Below are positions 56,949-64,000 of a stretch of 64,000 bases of DNA, in pieces (position 1 is the first letter of the stretch; each line of letters begins with the position of its first letter). The stretch is from Thermoanaerobaculia bacterium (GTDB taxonomy: Bacteria > Acidobacteriota > Thermoanaerobaculia > UBA5066 > Gp7-AA6): the NCBI GenBank assembly GCA_041483715.1, contig JBGPGG010000002.1, positions 7,703 to 71,702 of the forward strand, given 5' to 3'. Both the position numbers and the translations under genes were made by a program. The notes beneath the pieces are model-generated. The model searched no databases. It had not been told where the DNA came from and saw only the letters and a list, made by a program, of their open reading frames with translations.

Positions 56949-57734
56949 ATCTTTCCGAGGCTCATCCACGTCGGCACCTTCTATCTCCCGACCTACGGCG
57001 TCGTCCTCGCGATCGCCTACCTGACCGGGATCTGGCTGCTGCGCCGCAAGGCGCTGGCGGCCGGCCTGCCGGATCAGAAGGTCCTCGACCTGTCGCTCTA
57101 CATCCTCGCCTCCGCGATCCTCGGCGCCAAGTTCCTCCTCATCGCCGTCGAGTGGAAGCGCTACGCCGCCAACCCGCGCGACCTCGTCGAGATCCTGCAC
57201 TCGGGCGGTGTCTTTTACGGGGGCCTGATCGCGGCGACGACGACGGCGATCGTCTACATGCGCCGGCACGATCTGCCCGCCTGGTCGATCGCCGACATGG
57301 GAGCGCCCTCGATCGCGCTCGGCGAAGCGATCGGCCGCTGGGGCTGCTTTGCGGCCGGATGCTGTTACGGCAAGGAGAGTCACGGTCCGTTCGCCGTGAC
57401 CTTCACCGACGAGTTTGCCCACGACGCCGTCGGCACGCCGCTCGGCGTTGCGCTCCACCCGACGCAGCTCTACCTTTCGGCGAGCGCCTTCCTCGTCTTC
57501 CTGATCCTCCAGTGGGCGTATCGCCGCAAGACGTTCGACGGCGAGGTGTTCTGGCTCTACGTCCTGCTCTACGCCATCACCCGCGGGATCGTCGAAAACT
57601 GGCGCGGGGACCTCGTTCGCGGGTTCGTGATTCCCGGCGTCCTCTCGACGTCGCAGTTCATCGGGCTCCTGACAGCGGCGCTGGCCGCCGGGATGCTCGT
57701 CTACCTCTCGCGCCGTCACCGCGCTGGGGCATAG
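56949..57734 (+). CDS. lgt: Prolipoprotein diacylglyceryl transferase (apparent ATC start; the track shows only the last 158 aa)
   Basis: Own translation gives (I)FPRLIHVGTFYLPTYGVVLAIAYLTG...GGVFYGGLI...GRWGCFAAGCCYG...HPTQLY. There is no ATG, GTG or TTG between the in-frame TAG at 56943 and 57258. Confidence 0.85.
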   Translation: MFPRLIHVGTFYLPTYGVVLAIAYLTGIWLLRRKALAAGLPDQKVLDLSLYILASAILGAKFLLIAVEWKRYAANPRDLVEILHSGGVFYGGLIAATTTAIVYMRRHDLPAWSIADMGAPSIALGEAIGRWGCFAAGCCYGKESHGPFAVTFTDEFAHDAVGTPLGVALHPTQLYLSASAFLVFLILQWAYRRKTFDGEVFWLYVLLYAITRGIVENWRGDLVRGFVIPGVLSTSQFIGLLTAALAAGMLVYLSRRHRAGA

Positions 57735-57743
57735 GGCGATAAG

Positions 57744-57771
57744 TCGGAATTCGGATTTCGGAATTCGGATT
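57744..57771. repeat. Heptanucleotide tandem array CGGAATT CGGATTT CGGAATT CGGATTT
   Basis: Read directly from the sequence, in the lgt-rluD spacer. Confidence 0.9.
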
Positions 57772-58769
57772 TGAGTTCGAAATTGCGCCGCTTCCAGGTG
57801 GGGTCGCCGTCCGCCGGGACCCGGCTCGATCTCTTCCTCGTCGCCGCCTGCTCGGACCTTTCGCGCTCTCGCATCCAGAAGCTCATCGCGGAAGGGGCCG
57901 CCCGCGTCGGAGGCGAGCCGGCCAAGCGCTCGCACGTGGTGCGGGCCGGCGAAGAGATTTCGATCGAGGTCCCCGAGCCCCGCGAGACTGCGCTCGAGGC
58001 GGAGGACATCCCCCTCTCGATCCTGTACGAAGACGAGCACCTGCTCGCCATCGACAAGCCGCCCGGCCTCGTGGTCCATCCCGCCCCCGGTCACGCGTCG
58101 GGGACCCTCGTCAACGCGCTGCTCCACCACGTCCGGGACCTCGCTGGCATCGGCGGCGAGCTGCGGCCGGGCATCGTGCACCGGCTCGACCGCGACACCT
58201 CGGGCGTCCTCCTCGTCGCGAAGACCGACCGCGCACACCAGCTGCTTTCGCGCCAGATGCGCCAGCGCTCGCTCCGGAAGGAGTACCTCGCCCTGGTCGC
58301 CGGCATCCCTAAGGTGCGCAAGGGCGAAGTGTGCCTGTCGGTCGGGCGCGATCCGCGGGATCGAAAGAAGATGAAGGCCTTCCGGCCGACCGCGGACGAT
58401 CTGCCCCCAGGAGCCCGGACGGCGCGCACGCTCTACGAGATCGAGCGTGAGTGGTTCGCGCTCGGGCTCACTCTCCTGCGGTGCCGTCTCGTCACGGGAC
58501 GCACGCACCAGATCCGCGTCCACCTGTCGGCGTCGGGCCTGCCGATCGTCGGCGACCCGGTCTACGGCCGGCCGGCGTACCCTCGCGTGAAGGCCGCGAA
58601 TCTCAAGAAACGCCTCGTCGAGTTCCCGCGCCAGGCGCTGCACGCCGAGCGCGTCGCCTTTCGACATCCGGCCACCCAGGAACTCATCGAGATCGTTGCC
58701 CCCATCCCTTCGGACCTCGCCTCGCTCCTCGCGGACATCGGGTCGGAGGCGGTAACCTCCGGCCCATGA
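57771..58769 (+). CDS. rluD: 23S rRNA pseudouridine synthase (RluD/RluA family)
   Basis: S4-like N-terminus, HRLDRDTSGVLLVAKT and GRTHQIRVH. The start codon is uncertain (TTG 57771). Confidence 0.9.
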   Translation: MSSKLRRFQVGSPSAGTRLDLFLVAACSDLSRSRIQKLIAEGAARVGGEPAKRSHVVRAGEEISIEVPEPRETALEAEDIPLSILYEDEHLLAIDKPPGLVVHPAPGHASGTLVNALLHHVRDLAGIGGELRPGIVHRLDRDTSGVLLVAKTDRAHQLLSRQMRQRSLRKEYLALVAGIPKVRKGEVCLSVGRDPRDRKKMKAFRPTADDLPPGARTARTLYEIEREWFALGLTLLRCRLVTGRTHQIRVHLSASGLPIVGDPVYGRPAYPRVKAANLKKRLVEFPRQALHAERVAFRHPATQELIEIVAPIPSDLASLLADIGSEAVTSGP

Positions 58770-59281
58770 GCGGCGATCCGGAGATCCTCTTCGAGGGGCA
58801 ACACATGGTGTTCCTGCGCCGCAAGGGCTGGGAGTATCTCCAGCACCGCACGGCGCCCGAGGCGGCGATGATCGTAGCGATCACCCCCGGAGACGAGATC
58901 GTCCTCGCCGAGGAGTTCCGGCTGCCGATGAACGCGTCGGTCGTGTCGCTGCCCGCCGGGCTGATCGGCGACGAGGGCCCGGAGGACGCGATCGACGCCG
59001 CGCGCCGGGAGCTGCGGGAAGAAACCGGGTACGAAGCGCCCTCGTTCGACCTGCTCGCGAAGGGCCCGGGCTCCGCCGGGCAGAGCTCCGAGATGGTGAC
59101 CTTCTTCCTGGCGTCCGGCGCCGTCCGGTCGGGCGAGCAGGCGGCGCACGACGTCGGCAAGATCCGCGTGCACGTCGTCCCGATCGCCGAGCTGCCCGAC
59201 TGGGCCCGGGCGCGCGAATCCGAGGGCGCCGTCATCGATCCGAAGATCTGGGCCGGCCTCTACCTCGCCGGCCGGCGATGA
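58766..59281 (+). CDS. NUDIX hydrolase (ADP-ribose pyrophosphatase-like)
   Basis: ATGA overlap with rluD. GLIGDEGPEDAIDAARRELREETG (Nudix box) is present. Confidence 0.8.
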   Translation: MSGDPEILFEGQHMVFLRRKGWEYLQHRTAPEAAMIVAITPGDEIVLAEEFRLPMNASVVSLPAGLIGDEGPEDAIDAARRELREETGYEAPSFDLLAKGPGSAGQSSEMVTFFLASGAVRSGEQAAHDVGKIRVHVVPIAELPDWARARESEGAVIDPKIWAGLYLAGRR

Positions 59282-59294
59282 GCTCTCTTGCGCG

Positions 59295-59945
59295 CTACTT
59301 GACGGAGAGATAGATCGTCACGCCATCTTTCTCGAGGACGACGCGGTTCTCCTCGATCTTCGTGAGGCTGAACCCCTCGATGAACGCGCCGACCGCGGCG
59401 ATGCGGTCGTTCAACAGGGCGCGCGGCTGGGTCTGTGACCACACGATGCCTCCGAGCTCGATCTTCGCGCCGCCCGGCAGCGTCACGGCACCCGCATAGG
59501 TTTTTCCGTTCGCGATCGCCTGGGGTGCGTGCGGCGCGGCGGAAGTCGGCGCCACTGCAGCTTCCGAGGCGGCTTCACTCCGAACCTCTCCCGCCGGGAC
59601 AGGAACGCGAGTCGGGCGGGCCTTCGCCGGCAGATGCGTCGGCGCAGCAGGCGCGGTCGGTTCCGCCGTCGGCGCAATGACCGCAGGAAGCGAGCGCCCC
59701 TCACCCCGCGCCTCTCCCGCCGGGAGAGGGAGGGAATCGGAGGATTCCCGGCGGTAGAGCCACACACCGGCCAGGGCGACGAGAGCGAGGGCCGCCGCGA
59801 TGCCAATCCACCGGACCACCGCGCGCCGCCGGGCGAGCCCCGGGTCCGGCAGGGGCGTGGGGATCCAGGGACGGCTCGTTGGTCTTGCGGCCTCCCCCTC
59901 TCCGGCCGCCTGGGCCCGCTTCAGCGCGTCGTCGATCAGGCTCAA
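59295..59945 (-). CDS. GspB/ExeB-like protein (single TM, Pro/Ala-rich linker, C-terminal T2SS-B-like domain)
   Basis: The TTG start overlaps the exeA-like stop (TTGA). There is a TM segment WIGIAAALALVALAGVWL. The C-terminus reads LGGIVWSQTQPRALLNDRIAAVGAFIEGFSLTKIEENRVVL. The family call is from memory. Confidence 0.6.
   Translation of the reverse strand: MSLIDDALKRAQAAGEGEAARPTSRPWIPTPLPDPGLARRRAVVRWIGIAAALALVALAGVWLYRRESSDSLPLPAGEARGEGRSLPAVIAPTAEPTAPAAPTHLPAKARPTRVPVPAGEVRSEAASEAAVAPTSAAPHAPQAIANGKTYAGAVTLPGGAKIELGGIVWSQTQPRALLNDRIAAVGAFIEGFSLTKIEENRVVLEKDGVTIYLSVK
59697..59733. repeat. Half copy of the palindromic element, inside the GspB-like coding region
   Basis: cccctcaccccgcgcctctcccgccgggagagggagg is translated as ...LPLPAGEARGEG... 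in the linker. Confidence 0.7.
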
Positions 59946-60754
59946 GCGACTTCCCCTTCCAGCTCCCGGATCGCCCGCCCCACCGCACGCGACTTGAGCT
60001 CGTACGTCCCGTTGACATAGCCGTACAGGAGCGCCTTGTCGCAGACGGCGTTGATGAGGCGGGGCACGCCCTGCGCGTAGCGGTGGACTCTCCGGATCGC
60101 CCACGGCGAGAAGCTGGGGCGCCCGTCGGCGCCGGCGACCCTCAGGCGGTGATGGATGTACCGCTCGGTCTCGAAGCGGTTGAGCGGCTTCAGGTGGTAC
60201 CGCACCGTGATCCGCTGGCGCAGCTGACGCAGCCCCCTCTGGTCGAGCTTCTCGCGCAGCTCGGGCTGTCCGATGAGGACGATCTGGAGGAGCTTGCACT
60301 GATCGGTCTCGAGGTTCGAGAGCAGGCGCACCTGCTCGAGCAGCTCCGGATCGAGGTCCTGCGCCTCGTCGATCAGAAGCACCACGTCGTTTCCGGCCTC
60401 GGCCTGCTCGAGGAGAAAGCGATTCAGGATCTCGAGGTACGCGGAGCGGTCGAGCCTGCGTGGCTCGAGGCCGAGCTCGAGCAGGATCGTCCGCATCATC
60501 TGCGTGGCCGTGATCAGCGGGTTCAGGATCAGGGCCGTCTTGCAGGACGGCCCGAGCTCCGAGAGGATCGCGCGGCACACGGTCGTCTTCCCCGCTCCGA
60601 CCTCGCCCGTGATCTGGATGAACCCCTTGCGTTCGCGGATGCCGAAGAGGACGTGGTTGAACGCCTCGCGGTGCTTGTCCGAGAAGAAGAGAAAGCGCGG
60701 GTCCGGAGTGATGTTGAAAGGGGCCTCTCGGAATCCGTAAAACTCGTTGTACAT
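59942..60754 (-). CDS. ExeA/GspA (MshM)-like AAA ATPase
   Basis: YGFREAPFNITPDPRFLF, GEVGAGKTT (Walker A) and LLIDEAQ (Walker B). Confidence 0.85.
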   Translation of the reverse strand: MYNEFYGFREAPFNITPDPRFLFFSDKHREAFNHVLFGIRERKGFIQITGEVGAGKTTVCRAILSELGPSCKTALILNPLITATQMMRTILLELGLEPRRLDRSAYLEILNRFLLEQAEAGNDVVLLIDEAQDLDPELLEQVRLLSNLETDQCKLLQIVLIGQPELREKLDQRGLRQLRQRITVRYHLKPLNRFETERYIHHRLRVAGADGRPSFSPWAIRRVHRYAQGVPRLINAVCDKALLYGYVNGTYELKSRAVGRAIRELEGEVA

Positions 60755-60788
60755 GCTGCGCCGGGCTAGCTTAGTCCAGGACTGAACA

Positions 60789-60820
60789 GACCCTCCCCTC
60801 CTTCTACGGAGGAGAGGGTC
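60789..60820. repeat. 13-bp-stem hairpin related to the GGAGAGGGTC element family
   Basis: GACCCTCCCCTCC-TTCTAC-GGAGGAGAGGGTC with one mismatch. It sits between the MGMT-gene stop and the exeA-like start, with no U-tract. Confidence 0.6.
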
Positions 60821-60841
60821 GGAGCGTCTTGTCGGCCGCGG

Positions 60842-61651
60842 TTACGAGGCCAGCGCCACGGGAGGCCGGCAGTCGCCGCACGGGTGGAACCCCGCCGCGA
60901 CCGCTTCCCGCTCCGAGTGGAACCGCACCTTGTTCGAGAGCACCAGCGTCGCGATTCCGCCGCAGGTCGGATAGCAATAGTGCCTCGCCTTGTCGTTGCC
61001 GAGATAGCGGACGCCGGAGGCGGCCAGACGCTCGAGCAGCTCGGGCTGTGCGCCCTCCACCTCCAGGAGCGTGCGCTTGTTGTGCGGCCCGCCGAGCGAG
61101 TAGTTGCCGATGTGCCCGTCGCTGCGCACGACCCGGTGGCACGGGATGAGCAGCGGCACCGGGTTCTTCGCCAGCGCCGACCCCGCGGCGCGCACGGCGC
61201 CCGGGCGGCCGATCTCTTTGGCGATCCAGCTGTACGGCCGCACCTCGCCCGGCGGGATCTCGAGCGCCTTCATCAGCACGGCCCGCTCGAATTCGGAGAG
61301 CCCCCGCAGATCGAAGCGCAGTTCGCGCTGGCCCTTGCCCTTCCCATTGAGGTTCTCCACGAGCGCGCGGACGGCGGCCGGCGGCACGGATTCCTCGACC
61401 CGGATCTCGCGCCCGAAGTGCTTCTGGAAGCCGCGCTCGAACTCGGCCGCGGACTTCGCCCGCCGCACCATCGAGATCCCGGCCTTGCTGTGCGCAATGA
61501 AAACCGGGCCAACCGGCGAATCGAGCCGCCAATAGGTGTCGGCAAGACCCACCCTCCGCATCACCGCCGGCAGCAGCGTCGCGGGCGCCTTCTCGAGCGG
61601 CATTCCCCGCAGGGCCCGGGCGACCGTCAGAGCGTCTCTCATCGTCTTCAC
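60842..61651 (-). CDS. Methylated-DNA-protein-cysteine methyltransferase (MGMT) domain fused to a C-terminal Ada-type Cys4 zinc domain; no HTH
   Basis: LIPCHRVV (PCHR active site) is present. The C-terminus YCYPTCGG...NKVRFHSEREAVAAGFHPCGDCRP matches the Ada N-domain pattern FCRPSC...NVxF...EAxAAGFRPCKRCxP. GTG 61651 overlaps the sigma stop (GTGA), with ATG 61642 as an alternative start. Confidence 0.85.
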   Translation of the reverse strand: MKTMRDALTVARALRGMPLEKAPATLLPAVMRRVGLADTYWRLDSPVGPVFIAHSKAGISMVRRAKSAAEFERGFQKHFGREIRVEESVPPAAVRALVENLNGKGKGQRELRFDLRGLSEFERAVLMKALEIPPGEVRPYSWIAKEIGRPGAVRAAGSALAKNPVPLLIPCHRVVRSDGHIGNYSLGGPHNKRTLLEVEGAQPELLERLAASGVRYLGNDKARHYCYPTCGGIATLVLSNKVRFHSEREAVAAGFHPCGDCRPPVALAS

Positions 61652-62370
61652 TTTCTCACCCCCTCCCGGCGAGACGCCACGAGGGCCTCGCGCAGGGCGT
61701 TGACTCCCCGATGGACATTCGATTTCGCGGTCCCCACCGGCTGCTTCAGCACCTTTGCCACTTCCTCGAGGCGAAGGCCCTCCACGTAACGCAGGATCAG
61801 CGGCGCGCGGTAACGTTCCGGCAGCTGCGCCACGAGCGAGGCGATGTCGGCGCGCTTGCGCGATTGCTCGTAGCGCACGTCCGGCCGAAGCGCCTCGTCG
61901 TCGACCGCCTCCCACGCCGTCTGCCCGCTCTCCGAGAGCGGATGGTCGAGCGAGACGACCTTCACTCTCTTTCCGCGGAACCGGTTCCGCGCGACGTTCA
62001 GGGTGATCTGGTAGAGCCATGCCCGCAGAGCCATCGCGCGGACCCGCTCGGCCGGGTAGCTCCCGAGCGCGCGGTAGGCCCGCACGAAGGCGTCCTGCGC
62101 GACCTCCTCCGCGTCCTCGCGGCTCCCGGTCAGTCGCAGGGCAAAGGAGAAGAGGCGATCCTGGTACGTCGTCACGAGCTGCTCGAAGGACCCGTCGAGG
62201 TCCTCCGCCAGCCGGTTCCGAAGCGCCTCGTCCTGTGCCACGCCCAAGACCGACCCGCCTCTCTTCTGCTCCGGCTGTCCCATCACGAGCCGGAAACCGG
62301 ACGCCCCGCCCGGCGGCCACGGAACCTGCCCCTCGCTCGGGGCGCATCGGCTGATCATCATGCCCTCCAC
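61648..62370 (-). CDS. ECF-type RNA polymerase sigma-70 factor
   Basis: AEEVAQDAFVRAY and LRAWLYQITLNVARNRFR (region 2). LPERYRAPLILRYVEGLRLEEVAKVLKQPVGTAKSNVHRG (region 4). The true start may be an internal ATG, for example 62283. Confidence 0.85.
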   Translation of the reverse strand: MEGMMISRCAPSEGQVPWPPGGASGFRLVMGQPEQKRGGSVLGVAQDEALRNRLAEDLDGSFEQLVTTYQDRLFSFALRLTGSREDAEEVAQDAFVRAYRALGSYPAERVRAMALRAWLYQITLNVARNRFRGKRVKVVSLDHPLSESGQTAWEAVDDEALRPDVRYEQSRKRADIASLVAQLPERYRAPLILRYVEGLRLEEVAKVLKQPVGTAKSNVHRGVNALREALVASRREGVRK

Positions 62371-62423
62371 CTGGCTTCTGAAACACGGTTGGAGGGTGTT
62401 TGGTTGCAGTCTCGGGCCGGCCG

Positions 62424-63410
62424 CTAGACGCTCACTTTCAGGCGGGACCCGATCGAGGACGCAATGCCCTCGGCGTGGTGGCGGCTATTCTCGATGAAGA
62501 TCCGGCCGATCTCCCGGCCGCCGAGAATTGCCCCCGCCAGATAGAGGTTCGGGACGTTCGACTCGAGCGTCTCGAGATCGTGGGCCGGAACACGGGCATC
62601 GCCCTCGAGCCGGATCCCGCAGCGCTCGAAGAGCCCAAAATCGGGTTGATAGCCGATGAGCGGAAAGACCGCGTCCGCGCGAACGAACTCCTCGCCGCCG
62701 GGAGTGGCGACGCGGACGAGCTCGGGAAGGATCTCGGCAACGCGCGACCCAAAGAGCGCCCGGATCGCGCCCGCGGCGATGCGATTCTCGAGGTCGGGCT
62801 TGATCCAGTACTTGACCCGCTCCGAGAGTCCCTCGCCGCGGTGCACGAGCGTGACGCGCGCGCCGTGGCGGTAGAGATCGAGCGCGGCCTCCGCGGCGGA
62901 GTTCTTTCCGCCCACGACGACGACGTCGCGGCCGTGAAACGGGTAGCCGGAAACGTACCGCGCGTGGACATGCGGCAGATCCCCGCCGGCGACACCGAGC
63001 CGCCGCGGATTATGAAAGAAGCCGGTCGCGAGTATCGCCGCCGGGGCCTCGAAACGCATCGGTCCGGCGTGCCCCGCGGCATCGACCGCAAGTCCTCCGC
63101 CCGGAAGCGGCGTCACTCGCTCGATCGCGGTGTGCGCGACGACCTCCACGCCGAAGCGTTCGGCGACACCGCGGTAGTAGGCGAGCGCCTCGAGGCGAGT
63201 GGGGTGCGCCTCGGGCGTCGCGAAAGGGACGCCCGCGATGTCGAGGAGGTCCCGCGTCGAGAACCAGCGCATCTCCTCGGGGAAGTGGTAGATCGAGTCG
63301 AGGATCGAGCCGCGGTCGTAGCAGACCGCCGATATTCCGCGCTTGCCGAGCTCGATCGCGCAGGCGATGCCGGTCGGGCCCGCGCCGACGATGGCGACTG
63401 GATCGGTCAC
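62424..63410 (-). CDS. FAD/NAD(P)-dependent oxidoreductase, YpdA-like (thioredoxin-reductase fold)
   Basis: VAIVGAGPTGIACA and VVVVGGKNSAAEAA, the two dinucleotide-binding motifs. Confidence 0.8.
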   Translation of the reverse strand: MTDPVAIVGAGPTGIACAIELGKRGISAVCYDRGSILDSIYHFPEEMRWFSTRDLLDIAGVPFATPEAHPTRLEALAYYRGVAERFGVEVVAHTAIERVTPLPGGGLAVDAAGHAGPMRFEAPAAILATGFFHNPRRLGVAGGDLPHVHARYVSGYPFHGRDVVVVGGKNSAAEAALDLYRHGARVTLVHRGEGLSERVKYWIKPDLENRIAAGAIRALFGSRVAEILPELVRVATPGGEEFVRADAVFPLIGYQPDFGLFERCGIRLEGDARVPAHDLETLESNVPNLYLAGAILGGREIGRIFIENSRHHAEGIASSIGSRLKVSV

Positions 63411-63430
63411 GCCGGCATTCTATCGGCCTC

Positions 63431-64000
63431 CTAAAGCGCTTGGATCCTCACCGATCCCCCGCTCGTGCGCAGACGCAACGTGTTGCCGCCCTTGCCGAGC
63501 GTGCCCTGAAGGTTGCCGCGGGAGATCTCGCCGCGGACCTGGATCGACAGTTCCGTCTTGACCGAGTTGCCGGAAGCGTCGATCGCCAGATCCGCCGTGG
63601 AGTCGACCGCGACCTCGATGCCGCCGCCCGAGGTCTCGAGCGACCCTCCGTGGGAGTTGCCCTTCGCGAACGAGGCCTCGATCGAGCCGCCCGAGGTGTC
63701 GGCGTGGATCCGGCCGCCAGCGTCCACAATCCGGATTCCGCCGCCCGAGGTCTCGGCGTCGATGTCGCCGGTCACCTTCTGGAGCTCGATCGAACCGCCC
63801 GAGGACTCGGCGTGAACGGGGCCCTCGATCGATACGGCCTCGATGCCGCCGCCCGAAGTCTCCGCGCGCACCCGGCCCTTGATGTCCTTGAGATCGATCG
63901 ATCCTCCCGACGTGTCGGCGTCGAGGTCCCCGACGAGGTCGTTCACGGTGATGCTGCCGCCCGACGTGTCCAGCTTCGCCGGCAGACGCATCCCGGCGAC
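63431..64000 (-). CDS. DUF4097-like beta-repeat protein (frame open to the window edge; possibly 5'-partial)
   Basis: Periodic (D/E)TSGG(S/G)I repeats occur about every 20 aa: DTSGGSITV, DTSGGSIDL, ETSGGGIEA, ESSGGSIEL, ETSGGGIRI, DTSGGSIEA. Confidence 0.65.
   Translation of the reverse strand, partial: VAGMRLPAKLDTSGGSITVNDLVGDLDADTSGGSIDLKDIKGRVRAETSGGGIEAVSIEGPVHAESSGGSIELQKVTGDIDAETSGGGIRIVDAGGRIHADTSGGSIEASFAKGNSHGGSLETSGGGIEVAVDSTADLAIDASGNSVKTELSIQVRGEISRGNLQGTLGKGGNTLRLRTSGGSVRIQAL

Noticed and set aside
56280-58667. 795-aa minus-strand ORF
   Set aside because: It is antisense to lspA, lgt and rluD, all of which have strong family motifs. This is a shadow ORF.

Overview
High-G+C bacterial chromosomal window (about 71% G+C in a hand-counted 100-nt core sample). 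It is densely packed with short-overlap operons; stop/start overlaps of the ATGA, GTGA and TTGA type are common. Most long ORFs antisense to real genes in the supplied track are high-GC artefacts, and I call only frames whose translations show recognisable family motifs. Content from left to right: (1) a 3'-truncated secreted metzincin/PKD protease that is absent from the ORF track, followed by tRNA-Leu(CAG). (2) A minus-strand operon of GT2, polysaccharide deacetylase, FabD-like acyltransferase, FabG, ACP, FabZ-like hotdog protein, STAS protein, a small Cys protein and rpiA. (3) A complex I operon with the order nuoA-E-F-G-H-J-K-L-M-N, in which nuoB, C, D and I are absent. (4) gdhA. (5) A cyclase/membrane-protein/esterase operon. 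(6) A roughly 4-kb low-G+C island (55-57% in hand-counted samples) carrying two tandem copies of a two-gene module: a small sigma-70 region-2-only protein plus a large TPR protein. This is the best candidate for an undescribed system. (7) dacB, a PD-(D/E)xK-XPD/DinG helicase, a NUDIX protein, PP2C, a DnaJ-TPR protein and rodZ flanked by paralogous repeat proteins. (8) An aroDE-trpE-G-D-C-F-B-A supraoperon preceded by a WWW leader peptide and an intrinsic terminator. (9) cysS-def and a FecR-like secreted protein. (10) thiE, an MscS/cNMP channel and acpS, followed after a short gap by ileS-lspA-lgt and then rluD-NUDIX. (11) An ExeA/GspB-like pair. (12) An ECF sigma factor translationally coupled to an MGMT/Ada-zinc-domain protein that lacks any HTH. 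(13) A YpdA-like reductase and a partial DUF4097-like protein. Non-genic structure includes a family of CGG-N4 heptanucleotide tandem arrays at four gene junctions, a palindromic GGGAGAGGG/CCCTCTCCC element family, and a (GGGA)6 tract. Three genes appear to start at near-cognate codons (ATC, CTG, ATC), each 6 nt downstream of a Shine-Dalgarno sequence. No rRNA, CRISPR array, transposase or integrase was seen.
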